NCBI RefSeq assembly: GCF_902713615.1
Contig: NC_052162.1
Coordinates: 122,439,727-122,503,726, forward strand
Direction of reading: 5' to 3'
Length of the DNA: 64,000 bases
From: Scyliorhinus canicula
Lineage: Eukaryota
Below are positions 34,201-46,064 of this stretch, piece by piece. The translations under genes and the position numbers were made by a program. The notes under the pieces were generated by a model that saw only the letters and a program-made list of their open reading frames with translations, did not search any database and was not told where the DNA came from. Numbering within the stretch: position 1 is the stretch's first letter; each line of letters opens with the position of its first letter.

Positions 34201-34327
34201 GTTTTGGGTCTCCTCACGTCTCTCCAGGTTGGACAGTCAGTTGAAGCCTCATCCACAACACGGGTACGGTCTCTCCTCACTCTGAAGCTTGTTATGTTTT
34301 TCAGGCTGTGTAACTGGTTAAAGCTCT

Positions 34328-34625
34328 TTCCACAGTCAGTGCTCTGGAACACTCTCACTCGGGTGTGTGTGTCTCGGTGCTTTTCCAGTCACACTGATGT
34401 TTCCGCAGTCAGTTCACTTGAACACTCTCACTCGGGTTGTGTTGTGTGGGTCTCGGTGCTTTTCCAGTCACACTGATGTTTCCGCAGTCAGTTCACTTGA
34501 ACACTCTCACTCGGGTTGTGTTGTGTGGGTCTCGGTGCTTTTCCAGTCACACTGATGTTTCCACAGTCAGTTCACTGGAACACTCACTCGGGTTGTGTTG
34601 TGTGGGTCTCGGTGCTTTTCCAGTT
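34328..34625. repeat. ~79-bp minisatellite (about 4 units) in the ZNF 5' leader
   Basis: ttcc(a/g)cagtcag recurs at 34328, 34401, 34480, 34559. Confidence 0.9.
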
Positions 34626-35319
34626 GCACTAATGGTTGAAATGTTTAGCTAACAGTTCGGGTAAATATTTCTCCTTCTAGATTGAAAGCCCGATGGTTTT
34701 CAGGTTCCAAGGAAGGGAGTGGCTGTCAGATCGGGACGTAACGTTTGAGATTTCTGTCCGTAATTCCTCCTTGTCTAATATCCTGGAAGAAACAATTTAC
34801 AAAATTCATCACTGTCAGTGCAGGATTGAAACTCAGAATACACAATGCTAGTTTCTGTGTCACATTTTTTTCCTCTCTCTTATTCCCTGAGAGCTGTAAA
34901 TCTCCATCCCACACACTCTCCACTCTGCTGTATCTAATATTCACCCTCCCAATTCTCCTGTAGCAGAATTCATGTTGATTGACAGATCCAAGCTCACAGC
35001 TTCCTATCCAGGAGATCACAACAAATATGAGTTGCAGTCGGCCATTCGGCCCATCGAACCTGAACCATTCAATGGGATCCTTTGCCGATCTACCTCAGCC
35101 CCGTTTACCCACACTATCACCATGTCCCTCGACATCTTCAATATCCAGAAACCTGTCAATCTGTGTCTTGAACATACTTGACGACTGAAGCTCCAGAATT
35201 CTCGGAGGTGGAGAATTCCAAACCTTCACCACATCCTCGAGTGAAGAAATCCCTCCTCATCTCAGGTTTTTCTCAATTTTCCTGCCGGTTCCCCATAACT
35301 TGGGAGGGGGGGGGGGCAT

Positions 35320-36360
35320 GTGACACCGGGAGTAGCTGGTTTTCCGCAGGTTCTGGTGTCACTCACCTATGATCTGTCAATTGTCCTGATTGCCTGGCAT
35401 TCATCTACCTAATCCTTGAATTAATATTTGTTATCATGTCCCTGGAAGACTTCAGGGTTCGGTCTGGAAGGATTATGCTGTAAAAAGTGAAGAAATGCGC
35501 TGATAAAACAGCGTAGGTGGATTCAGCGGGATTGGAGCCGCCTTTTCAACAATGCGGCCTGACACTCAGGAAGTCTCACGATCCCGCGCTCTCTGGGGCT
35601 CTCTCAAGAGGTGGCGAAAATAATGACTGGCGACATTATCCGTGTTACTGACCAGAGGCTGAGTGTTCTGACTCAATATCTGTGAGCTCATGAGGCCCAG
35701 CTGCAAAACGCCATGAAGAGGCTCGATGATCCGGAGGAGAGAATCCTGAACGTTCAGCAAGATGCCTCCTCCACGGAGGTAAGAATTCAGTCCTTTGAAA
35801 ACCAGCTGAGTGGTTGGTGGAGGTCCTGGAGGATTTGGAGAACCGAGTGTCGGAGAAAAAACATCCGAGTTGACGGCCTGTCAGAATGTGTGGATGGTAA
35901 GGCTCCCGTTAGTTCTTCGAGGACCGGAAGCCACGTTTTCTCAAGCTGGATGTGAAGCCTGGGTGTTTCAAATTAGAAAGGATGTATCGTATCCTGTCTC
36001 TGAGGCTGAGGGATAGTTTTCATCCCAGGCCTGGAATCATTCACTTGCACAACTGGAAAGATCGCCAGAATGTCCTGGAGAGGGAACGGTGAGGTGCCGT
36101 CTGGCTCCAGGAGAGAGGGAGGATTCAGGACTTTCGGCAGCAACACAAACGAAGTGTCGAGGCTTCGAAGAAGTTCAAAGGCAGCTCAAGCCTATGGGTC
36201 GTGAATTACGTCAGGCTTTATCCTGAGACCCAAAAAATGGTATCCAACAACTCCGTCAAGCCTGTCAATAATCTAACTATCGCCTTGGCCTTCATTAAAT
36301 CCATGAAGGGCAAGGATCTGGAGGGATGGTTTGCAGCTCGGACTAACTCAGGTTCTAATC
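35320..36360 (+). mobile_element. decayed L1 5' UTR/ORF1 fragment in a ZNF intron
   Basis: frameshifted LEDLENR..RRKNIRVDGLSE; homologous to 52320-52722 and 55335-55968. Confidence 0.75.
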
Positions 36361-36388
36361 CGAACTCTTTCCCTGTCATGGTATTCTA

Positions 36389-36620
36389 TTTTTTTTTTAA
36401 ATTTAGTGTACCCAATTCATTTTTTTTCCAATTAAGGGGCAATTTAGTGTGGCCAATCCACCTAGCCTGCACATTTTTGGGTTGTGGGGCCGAAACCCAT
36501 GCAAACACAGGGAGAATGTGCAAACTCCACACGGACAGTGACCCTGAGCTGGGATCAAACCTGGGTCCTCGGCGCCGTGAGGCTGCAAGGCTAACCCCAG
36601 TGCGCCACCGTTCTTGCTGC
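36389..36620 (-). mobile_element. HE1-body SINE with A-rich tail
   Basis: reverse complement of the 24281 family; ccctgtcat repeated near both ends. Confidence 0.8.
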
Positions 36621-37154
36621 CCCTGTCATATTATTGTCTGAATTTCAGAATCACAGAAATACACATAGGGACAGGACTAGGCCATTCAGCCCCTCGAGTC
36701 TGTCCTGCCATTTAGTGAGGTCATGGCTGATCTGTGATCTAACTCCATATCCACTAATATCTTTGCTTAACAAACCTCCACCTCAGATTTAAACTTAACA
36801 ACTGATGCAGCTTCACCTGCTGTTTGTGGGAAAGAGTTTCAAACCTCTCCCACTCTGCGTGTGAAGAAGTTCTTCCGAACATCTCTCCTGAACGGTCAAG
36901 CCCTAATTTTTAGACAATGATCCCTACTTTTAGAATCTCCAACCAGTGGAAATTGTTTATCTTTATCGACCTTCTCTTTCCCTGTTAATATCTTAAATAC
37001 TTCAATCAGATCGCACCTTAACCTTCTAAATTCTACAGATCACAGGCCTAATTTGTGGTTAAAACGTTGGGTCAGAGCCACTGCAATCTCTCCCTCACCT
37101 CCCACAGCATCCTGGGACACAATTCATCCAGAATTAGTAATCTAATAATCTTCT

Positions 37155-37433
37155 GGGCGGCACGGTAGCATAGTGGTTAGCACTGTTGCTTCACAGCATC
37201 AGGGACTTGGGTTCGATTCCCGGCTTCGGAGTCTGCACGTTCTCCCCCTGTCTGCGTGGGTTTCCTCCAGGTGCTCCGGTTTCCTCCAACAAGTCCCGAA
37301 AGATGAGCTTGTTAGATGAATTGGACATTCTGAATTCTTCCTGTGCGTACCCGAACAGTGTGGCGAGTGGGGGATTTTCACAGTAACCTCATTGCAGTGT
37401 AAGCCGACTTGTGACAATAATAAAGATTATTAT
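37155..37433 (+). mobile_element. HE1-head SINE with ..cttgtgacaataa..gattattat tail
   Basis: same family at 39540-39827 and 60690-61303. Confidence 0.8.
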
Positions 37434-37789
37434 GAATGGGCCAAAGGGCCTCTATCCGTGCTGTAAAGAGAGGGAATGAATGAGAAGTACTTTACAGAGA
37501 AACTGCCAAAGCCACAATATTCACCAGCTCTAAGGACACACTTTAGCTCCCTTTCCAATCTGAAAGCAGCCGGAGCTGGATTTACATTCCCCTTAATTCA
37601 TCATTGCTGGTTGATAATCCTGTACTTCCTTACCTCACACCACTACGACAGCACCTTCACTACACAGACTGCAGCAACTGACCAAACATCACCTTCCCAG
37701 TTATTCCTGAAGGCACCGCCTTCCCAACCTGGCCCCTTGCCTGAGGTGTGGTGATCCTCAGGTCACATCACCGCTGGTCAACTCTCTCT

Positions 37790-37935
37790 TCCGGGACCAG
37801 GCCCGGCGTGACAACCACCAGCTGGAGAAGCAGAGCGCATGCGCTGGCGTCTTGGTGATGCAACAGCTGGTGGGCGGGACCTGAAGGTTTCTGTTCCCAG
37901 CCGGGTCCTAGTGCCCGGGGCATATTCCGGACAAC
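37790..37935. promoter_or_regulatory. small CpG island with NRF1 palindrome and GC box
   Basis: agcgcatgcgct at ~37835 and gggcggg; lies between divergent ZNF sequences. Confidence 0.45.
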
Positions 37936-38433
37936 AGGTTTTTAAAATCTTTCATCCATTCCCAGGCTGCAGCTGATGTTTGTGGCCTGGAGGTGTCTAT
38001 GGATCACGCATACATTCAGTGTGAGAGGCTGCAGCCTTTGAATAGCTACCTGAAGGGGGTTATACAACGGTTGATTACATTTCGTGGTCCTTTCCCGTCC
38101 ATTATCAGGATGTTTGTGTGATATTTTCTGACCCTCAGTGTGATATTTCTTTATTTAAAATACAGTTCAGCAGCAGACTTACTGGTGATTTTTAAAGGAA
38201 TAAAGGTTATTTATTATCACAACCTTTCCCTGGACGTTTGAGCATCTAAGTCTGTCGGCTCTTTTACTCACTGACACATACAGAGATCAAGTTGAAGCTG
38301 TGATGATGAAAATGGAATGTAGACTGCAATCTTTATATCGCTGCAGGTCTGATGTCTTCTTATTAAGCTGATCCTTTCGTTGGAGTGAAGCGTTTTTAGA
38401 CACAAATAATTCTCATGAGTTTCTGAAGCTCCT

Positions 38434-38950
38434 CATAAGACCATAAGACATAGGAGCAGAATTAGGCCATTTGGCCCATCGAGTCTGCTCCGCCATTCAA
38501 TCATGGTTGATATTTTTTCATCCCCATTCCCCTGCCTTCTCCCCATAACCCGTGATCTCCTTATTAATAAAGAACCTACCTTTCTTTGTCTTAAAGACAC
38601 TCAGTGAATTGGCCTCCACAGCCTTCTGCGGCAAAGAGTTCCATAGATTCACCACCCTCTGGCTGAAGAAATTCCTCCTCATCTGTTTTAAAGGATCGTC
38701 CCTTTAGTCTGAGATGGTGTCTTCTGGTTCTAGTTTTTGCTGCAAGTGGAAACATCCTCTCCATGTCCACTCTATCCAGGTCTCAATAAGTTTCAATAAG
38801 ATCCCCTCTCATCCTAAACCCCAACGAGTACAGACCCAAAGTCCTCAAACGTTCTTAGAACATAGAACATAGAACAGTACAGCACAGAACAGGCCCTTCG
38901 GCCCTCGATGTTGTGCCGAGCAATGATCACCCTACTCAAACCCACGTATT
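38434..38950 (-). mobile_element. CR1 3' end plus HER1/HE1 tail
   Basis: cataaga and catagaa tail repeats; reverse complement of the CR1 RT C-terminus. Confidence 0.75.
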
Positions 38951-39539
38951 CTTGTAGATGAAAATCCAGGAGGTTGGTTCTCAGGTGGACTTGGAAGCTG
39001 GAATAAGTTCAGTCCTGTGGCTGCACTGGGAGACATTCAGCTCTGCTGGTTCAGCTGGTTCCTGGTGCTTCTCACACACACATTTGCTTTGTTCAGGGCT
39101 TATTATACTGCATCCCTGACAATTAACTGCAGGGTTAAAACTCTGGGGCCCAGAACACCCCGATACAATAGCAGTTTACGATGCTCACTTACGCTTATCT
39201 CTGTCCCAATTCAAGCTCATTCTCCTGTGTTCAATTCGGCACTTGGAGACCAACAGTCCTGAGATTTCGTATTCCTCAAATGCTGGTTCATCCTGACACG
39301 ACACATTTAAACTTCACAGGTGGCTGCAAAGTTTCCTTATTCAGGTCCGTGTTTAACTAAATATTGGTCACAGCATCAAATATTGCCCACAGTTTAATGT
39401 CCACAGTAACCTGTTAAATTGCAGCCATCTTGGCAGAGTTTGTGGATCTGACAGTCTATAATATCTAATATTCTTGTGCTGAGCGTGACATCTTGAATCT
39501 ACTTTGAGTCTGGTTAAAACAGTGCATTGTAGCTGGCTG

Positions 39540-39827
39540 GGGTAGGGTAGCACTGTTGCTTCACAGTTTCTGGGTCCCAGATCCGATGCCCAGCTTGGGT
39601 CACTGTCTGTGTGGAGTCTGCACCTTCTCCCCGTGGGTTTCCTCCGGGTGCTCCGGGTTGCTCCCACAAGTCCCGAAAGACGTGCTGGTAGGTGAATTGG
39701 ACATTCTGAATGCTCCCTCTGTGCACCCAACCATGCGGCGGAGTGTGGTGACTAGGGGATTTTCACAGTAACTTCATTGCAGTGTTAATGTAAGCCTACT
39801 TGTGACAATAAAGATTATTATTATTAT
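39540..39827 (+). mobile_element. HE1-head SINE with gacaataaagattatta tail
   Basis: homologous to 37155-37433. Confidence 0.8.
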
Positions 39828-40014
39828 GGAGGGGGTGGGCGGTTACTCTGGCTGCCGACTTCTGTCCGTGGTCTTGTCTATTCCCAGTGGTCTTGCAGAG
39901 GGAGCATGTGGTATCCACCGGAATGCTTGACACCTTCCACGCCCAGTGGATTCCTCAGCGGACAGAGTGTTTCAGAGACACTGGGAACAATATTCTGGTT
40001 CAAAACTTCTTTTT

Positions 40015-40262
40015 CAGGCGGGAGGTTTGGCAGCTGGGCAACTCGAACCAAATATAACATCAAGATCTGACAGTCACTCAATTCATTCGGACCTAAATAT
40101 CACAAACTGTCAATGTGTTTGTCTGTTCTGACTGTGGGAAGAGATTTCAAACATCATTGTGACTGGAAAAGCCCCGAGACACACACGCACCTCAGTGGGA
40201 GTGTTCCAGTGAACTGACTGTGGAAAGAGCTTCAACCAGTTACACAGCCTGAAAAATCATCT
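40015..40262 (+). pseudogene. ZNF leader-exon fragment (fossil fingers only)
   Basis: [37 protein letters not shown], then truncated by CR1 sequence. Confidence 0.7.
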
Positions 40263-40716
40263 TGTTTCCTCTTGTGGGACAGTCTGGGACCAGAGGGCAT
40301 AATCTTAGAGGAACGGGTCTCAGATTTAGGACAGAGTGAGGAGACGTTTCTTCCATCAGAGGGTAGTGAATCTGTGGAATTCTTCAGCTGGCATTCTGTC
40401 TCTGGAGTTTACCATAAAATGTCAGAGGTGAAGGTGTCGTAACCCGGATGGGCCGCTTGGTGGCGCAGTGGCTCTTTCACTGAGGGGCCTTGAGTTCAGA
40501 CACATCCCAGACAGGACTGGTGTGAACTACCTGTCTGGGAAAAGGGAGAACGCTGTATAATCAGGGAAAAGGATCAGTGCCGATGGACCTTAGAGAAAGG
40601 AGTTCAGATTAGTCTTATTTTCTTAATTTTTCATTCAATATTTATTAAAATTTCAGAGAAAATATTACACAAAAGTTTATTTAGATGTTGACAAAACGGA
40701 ACATAACGATTGAGGG

Positions 40717-41278
40717 CAGGGCCGGCCCAAGGCACCGGCAACTCGGGCAGTCGCCCGGGGCGCCATGTGCTCGGGGGCGCCAGAGACTCGGGTCCCGCGC
40801 ATGCGCAGTTGGGCCGGTGCCAAATGCGCATGCGCGGTGGCCGCCCTCCCCCAGGGCGGCCCCCTCCGCCCCGCGCCCGCCCCCCTCGCCTTGGGCCCGC
40901 CCACCCCGTCCACGCCTCAGCCCCCCCCCCCCCCCCGCCTCAGGCCCGCCGGCCCCCCCCGGGCTCGAGCCCGCCGCCCCCCCCCCCGGGCTCGGCACCC
41001 CCCCCTCCCCGGGCTCGGCCTCCCCCCCCCCCCGGGCTCGGCCCCCCGACCCCCCCCTCTGGGCTCGGCCCCCCGACCCCCCCCCCTCTGGGCTTGGCCC
41101 CCCGACCCCGCCCCCCCGCGACCCCGCCCCAGCCCCCCCCCGCGACCCCGCCCCCGCCCACGACCCCCGACCCCGCCCCCCCCTCGGCCCCGCCCCCCCT
41201 ACCTCCCTGGCCCCGCCCCCCCGAAGGGCGCCGAAGTTCAGCTTGCCCGGGGCGCCAGCAACCCTAGGGCCGGCGCTG
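40717..41278. mobile_element. non-autonomous hAT DNA transposon (MITE), GC-rich
   Basis: TIRs CAGGGCCGGCCC / GGGCCGGCGCTG; 8-bp TSD attgaggg at 40709-40716 and 41279-41286. Confidence 0.85.
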
Positions 41279-41924
41279 ATTGAGGGTCACACTGAGAACA
41301 GAACACATGCCCTCTGAGCTGCCAAATGTATGTACAACTGTAACAGACACCAGAGAAAAGGAGCTCAATATAAAGGGAACAAAACAGTTGTGAATAAGGT
41401 TCGAGGTAAGTTACTTATTTAGACATGACATTGAGAGAAATTACTAGCCACAATTACATTACAGCCAAAATTATCTTGTACATTTTAAACTGAAAAGCAG
41501 AAATACTGTCCATGATTGTCTCAGTTACAGATGCAGCATAATAAACTGAGAGAATATTACTGTTAGAGTCACCAAGAGGAGATATTGTATTTCTGTCACA
41601 CACAGATCATAATAAACAGCTGAGGAAAATCTACAGCATCCGAACGTCAACTGATCACTTGATCTGTAAAAGAGAGAGAAAATGGTGAAGCAGATGTTTA
41701 TGATCTGGAACATTGATGTTAGAATTTTTAATCAATCAAACATTTAGGGTTTTTAAACGGCTTCTGTCAGTTTGAAGTGTGAGTGGATTGAATCTTCTCA
41801 CCTTCACCAGAGTGACTGCAGCGCTGTTGGAAATGCTCAGGAAGAACAGGGTGATGAATGTGGAAGCGGTTGTCCAGATGTTCCCGTTATCATCCTCATA
41901 GTCTTCAGTCCAGGTGTGGTCTAC

Positions 41925-43110
41925 ATGGAGCAGGTGAATGGCCCCTCCCCAGTGTGAACTCGCTGGTGTCCGCATGGCCGGTGCATCACTGAATCGATTC
42001 CCACACTCAGAGCAGATGGATGGCCTCCCCCACTGTGTACCTGCTGATGTGTCATCATATTGGAAGAATTCCTGAAACTCATCCCACAACTGGAGCAGGT
42101 GAATGGCCTCTCACCGGTGTGAACTTGCTTGTGTATCTGTAGATAAGTTGACCGAGTGAATTCATTTCCACACTCAAAGCAGGTGAAGAGCCTCTCCCCA
42201 GTATGAACTTGTCAGTGTGTTGGTAAGTTGGATGAATGACTGATCCCTTCCCACATTCAGGACAGGTGAAAGGCCTTTCCCCACTGTGACTGCGGCAAAG
42301 ACTCTCCAGCTTAGATTGGGAACTGAATCCCTTCCCACATAGAGAGCAGGTGAACGGCCTCTCTCCGGTGTGAATGCGACGATGCATTTCCAGCACAGAT
42401 AGAAATCTGAATCCCTTCCCAGCCACCACATTACCGCGGTTTCTTCATAGTTCGGATGCATTTGTGACTCTGCAGGCTGGACAATCAGTTCAAACGTCAT
42501 CCACACACAGAACACATGTACGGTCTCTCCTCGCTGTGAAGGATGTGATAACTTTCATTTGCTTTTTAATTAGTTACAGCTCTTTCCACAGTCAGTGCTC
42601 TGGAACACTCTCACTCGGGTGTGTGTGTCTCAGTGCTTTTCCAGTCACACTGATGATTAAAATCTTTTGAAGCTTCTGGACTTCCTGGCTCAAAGATAGG
42701 TACCTTGGTCAAAAGCAGCAGCACCCCCGGGGGGGGGAGGGGGGGGGGGGGTGTTCCTCATCATAGTTTCTATATTTTTTCGCTACGGTTATGTAACTTA
42801 ACATCGTGTTAATTTAAGTTGTTGTTAATATGTTGGGTTGTTCATTGAGGAGGGGCAAAGGTTCATGATTGGTATCATTACTGTTATCGTTGGTATTTTA
42901 GTATTGTTTGATGTCGTTGTACAAATTCAAAATTTTTCAATAAAAATTATTTAAAAAAAAAAAAAATCTTTTGAAGTGGACAGAACAGAAAACATTTCTC
43001 CTTCCAGCTTCAAAGGCCGATGATATTCCGGTCCCATGGAAACGAGTGAATCTATCAGATCGAGATATGACATTTGAGATTTGTGTGTGTAATTCCTCCT
43101 CTTCTAATAT
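41925..43110 (-). pseudogene. C2H2 zinc-finger pseudogene
   Basis: HTGERPF repeats with frameshifts and lost ligands; acceptor at ~43110; L1 insertion in the leader. Confidence 0.85.
42673..42962 (+). mobile_element. 5'-truncated L1 3' end with poly(A)
   Basis: 14-bp TSD aaaatcttttgaag (42659-42672, 42963-42976), TT|AAAA target, AATAAA plus A-tail. Confidence 0.85.
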
Positions 43111-43417
43111 CCTGGAAAAACAATATACAAAAGTTATCACTTTCAGTACAGGATAGAAATTCAGAACAGACAATTCTAGTTTCTCTCGAACATTCTTTCC
43201 TCTCTCATTCCCCAAAAGCTGTAAATCTCCATCCCACACACTCTCCCTCCATTCACACTTTGCTGTATCTAATATCCACCCTCCCAATTCTCCTGAAGGT
43301 GCTGATTCAGGCTGATTAACAGATCCAAGCTCAATGCTTCCTGTCCTGGACTCAGAAACATCAAAATTTAAATGCAGGCTGCCAGACAGATATATGTCTA
43401 TATTACTGGACTAAAAG

Positions 43418-43757
43418 TCATAGAATCTACCGTGCAGAAGGAGGCCATTCAGCCCATCGGGTCTGCACCAGCCCTTACCAAGAGCACCCTACTTAAGCCC
43501 ATATCTGTACCCTATCCCCGTAACCGATTAACCCCCACTTAAGCTTTTTGGACACTGAGGGTAATTTAGCATGGGCAATCCACCTAACCCACACATCTTT
43601 GGACTGTGGGAGGAAACAGGAGCACCCGGAGGAAACCCACGCAGACATGGGGAGAAAGTGCAGCCTCCGCACAGACAACGACCCAAGCCAGGAATCGAAC
43701 CTTGGACCCTGGAGCTGTGAAGCAACTGTGCTAACCACTATGCTACGGTGCTGCCCC
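43418..43757 (-). mobile_element. HE1 SINE
   Basis: full head, body and tail on the minus strand. Confidence 0.85.
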
Positions 43758-43799
43758 TAAAAAATGTGTTCTGCCCCAAAAACTGTGTTTGATAAAGAC

Positions 43800-44312
43800 T
43801 TGATTCCCTTTCTTTCCCTTCAATTGCTCCAAATCACCAATTGAAGGTCAGAATTAGAAAATAAATGGAAAGGGCGGAAAATAAAGTCTTTTACTCACAG
43901 ATGTTGGAGACAGAATGAGGTTTCAGTCTGTGTGAAAGTCAATCTTCATTCAAACAAAGCCCGAGCTCTGATTGGCTGGAGGACCAGAGTCCTTCCAGTC
44001 CTCCAATAGTTTCCATTGGTTGCCGGCTGCCTGAAAGGGGATGTCACGTGTCGCTGGGAGAACTTTTGACTCGTGGAACGCAGACAATTTGGCCAATGGG
44101 ATTAGCACTATCCTGCACATGCGCTGCTGCCGCTCTCCCTTGGACATGTAGTCCCGGAGCTGCCCGTCCATGCGACGGATAGAGCGGGTTACCCAGAATG
44201 GGGCATTGTGGGAGGCGCGGTTGTCATTGCTCACCCGTGGCCCAGTCTCCTGGGACTGGAATGAGAAGCGTCACTCTGACACAAAGTACATGTGGGTGGT
44301 CACTGTATTTGA
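43800..44312 (-). promoter_or_regulatory. ZNF promoter/exon-1 module
   Basis: donor at 43898 (-), several CCAAT boxes, catgcgc, E-box cacgtg; homologous to 1380-1815. Confidence 0.6.
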
Positions 44313-44804
44313 TTGATTTCAGCCATCCCAACTTACCATTTAATAAATTCACTTTGGTTCAGACAAGACTATAACCAATTAAGACAAAGGCAAAATTCTC
44401 TGGATAGTAAATTTTAAAAGAAGTTTATTAAATCAAAATGGTTTACTGATCAACTTTGACGTTGACTATTTACAGCTTCATGCGGTGAAGCTGATGCGGT
44501 CATGATCAGTCTGTAGCAGCGTAACCCTCTCTGGTTCCTTCTTTGACAGTAATTCTTGTGGAATTCAGCCTTGGGAGTCTGGCTCCTTCTTTGGCAGAAA
44601 TTTCCTTGGAACTCGGCCTCAGGAATCTTCAGTACTTGGCCAGCAAGGAAGACCTTCAGAACCTCTACTTTTATCTCCAAAGTGACCATTACCTCACGTC
44701 AGAGTTGGGCCTGTTGTAACATGACCATTGGTCAATTTGGCCATTAGATTAATTTAATTGGGATCCCCAATTGCTTACACCAGCTTCTTTCAGTATCGTA
44801 GACA

Positions 44805-45092
44805 GGGGCGGCACAGTGGTTAGCACTGCTGCATCACAGCGTCAGGGACCCAAGTTCAATTCCATCCTTGGGTGACTGTGTGGAGTTTGTACTTTCTCCA
44901 CATGTCTGCGTGTGTTTCCTCAGGTGCTCTGGTTTCCTCCCACAGTCCAAATATGAGCAGGTTAAGTGGAGTTAAGGGGTAATGAGGATAGGTTGGGAGA
45001 GTGGGCCAAGGTAGGGTGCTCATTCAGTGGATCGGTGCAGACTCAATGGAATAAATCGCCTCCTTCTGCACTGCAGGAATTATATGATCCTA
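44805..45092 (+). mobile_element. older HE1-type SINE
   Basis: ggggcggcacagtggttagcactgctg head and V-domain. Confidence 0.7.
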
Positions 45093-45701
45093 TGTATACA
45101 TTGGAACTGTTTCATACGATCCCTTTATCTGATTCAAACAATCCCTTATTCATACAGTTTCAAATGTTGCGGCTAATCAGAGCTTGAAGGTCTCTCTTGC
45201 CAGTACATTTATCTTCATTGCACATTCTTTACATACACAGAATTAAGCTTTTATATTTTTACAGCAAATAAAACCCAGTCTTTCACGATAACTACTAATT
45301 CATTATTGATTCATTAATCCTAACTCAATTAGCTCATTTCTTATTCAGTCATTTGTTACTGACTGGTAGCTGATCAATATTGTTGATTAACAAAAGATAC
45401 ATTGGTGCAAAGAGCTTGTTTTGTAGAAGGCTATTCCTTTCTTTCTTATGAACCTTGATTGGATTGAACAATGGGACTTAGACTTGTGCCAGACTTTAAC
45501 AACATATTATGTCCTATAGGTTTACAAAATTCTGGAACAATGTTAGTTTGAACAATTTCTATGAGTTCAATCATTTATGGAAAAATGTTGGTTGAAAAAC
45601 TATTCATTTAAAAAATAATGGTCGTCACATGCTGCAGTTTAACATGGCTTCCTTGACCTTGTTACACATAACAATGATGCAGACGGACGATAATATATTA
45701 A

Positions 45702-45872
45702 CAATAATTGCTTATTCTCAAAAGTAGGCTTCAATTAAGTTACTGTGAAAAGCCCCTAGTTGCCACATTCTGGCGCCTGTTCGGGGAGGCTGGTACGGGA
45801 ATTGAACCCGCACTGCTGGCACTGTTCTGCATTACAAGCCAGCTGTTCAGCCCATTGTGCTAAACCAGCCCC
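45702..45872 (-). mobile_element. SINE family B
   Basis: reverse complement of the 837-1011 family. Confidence 0.7.
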
Positions 45873-46064
45873 TATAGTGATTGATTTGAACGAAATATCA
45901 TTTTTAAAATGTGTTCATGGGTTGTGGGCATTGCAGGTTGTGCCAGGATTTATTGCCCATCCCTAATTGCCCTTGAGGGGGCAGTTAAGAGTCATCCACG
46001 TTGCTATGGGTCTGAAGTCACATGTAGGCCAGACCAGATAAGGATAACAGATGTTATTATGAAA

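Noticed and set aside
33597-34358. 253-aa repetitive ORF ([20 protein letters not shown]), and similar ORFs over other ZNFs
   Set aside because: These are alternative reading frames of the zinc-finger repeats.
34328-34625. CRISPR-like array
   Set aside because: No unique spacers; it is a plain tandem repeat in vertebrate DNA.
38020-39372. Possible solo LTR (TGTGA..TCACA)
   Set aside because: No matching TSD and ambiguous boundaries.
40685-41317. Proline-rich ORFs of 170-210 aa
   Set aside because: They arise from C-runs inside the hAT MITE.
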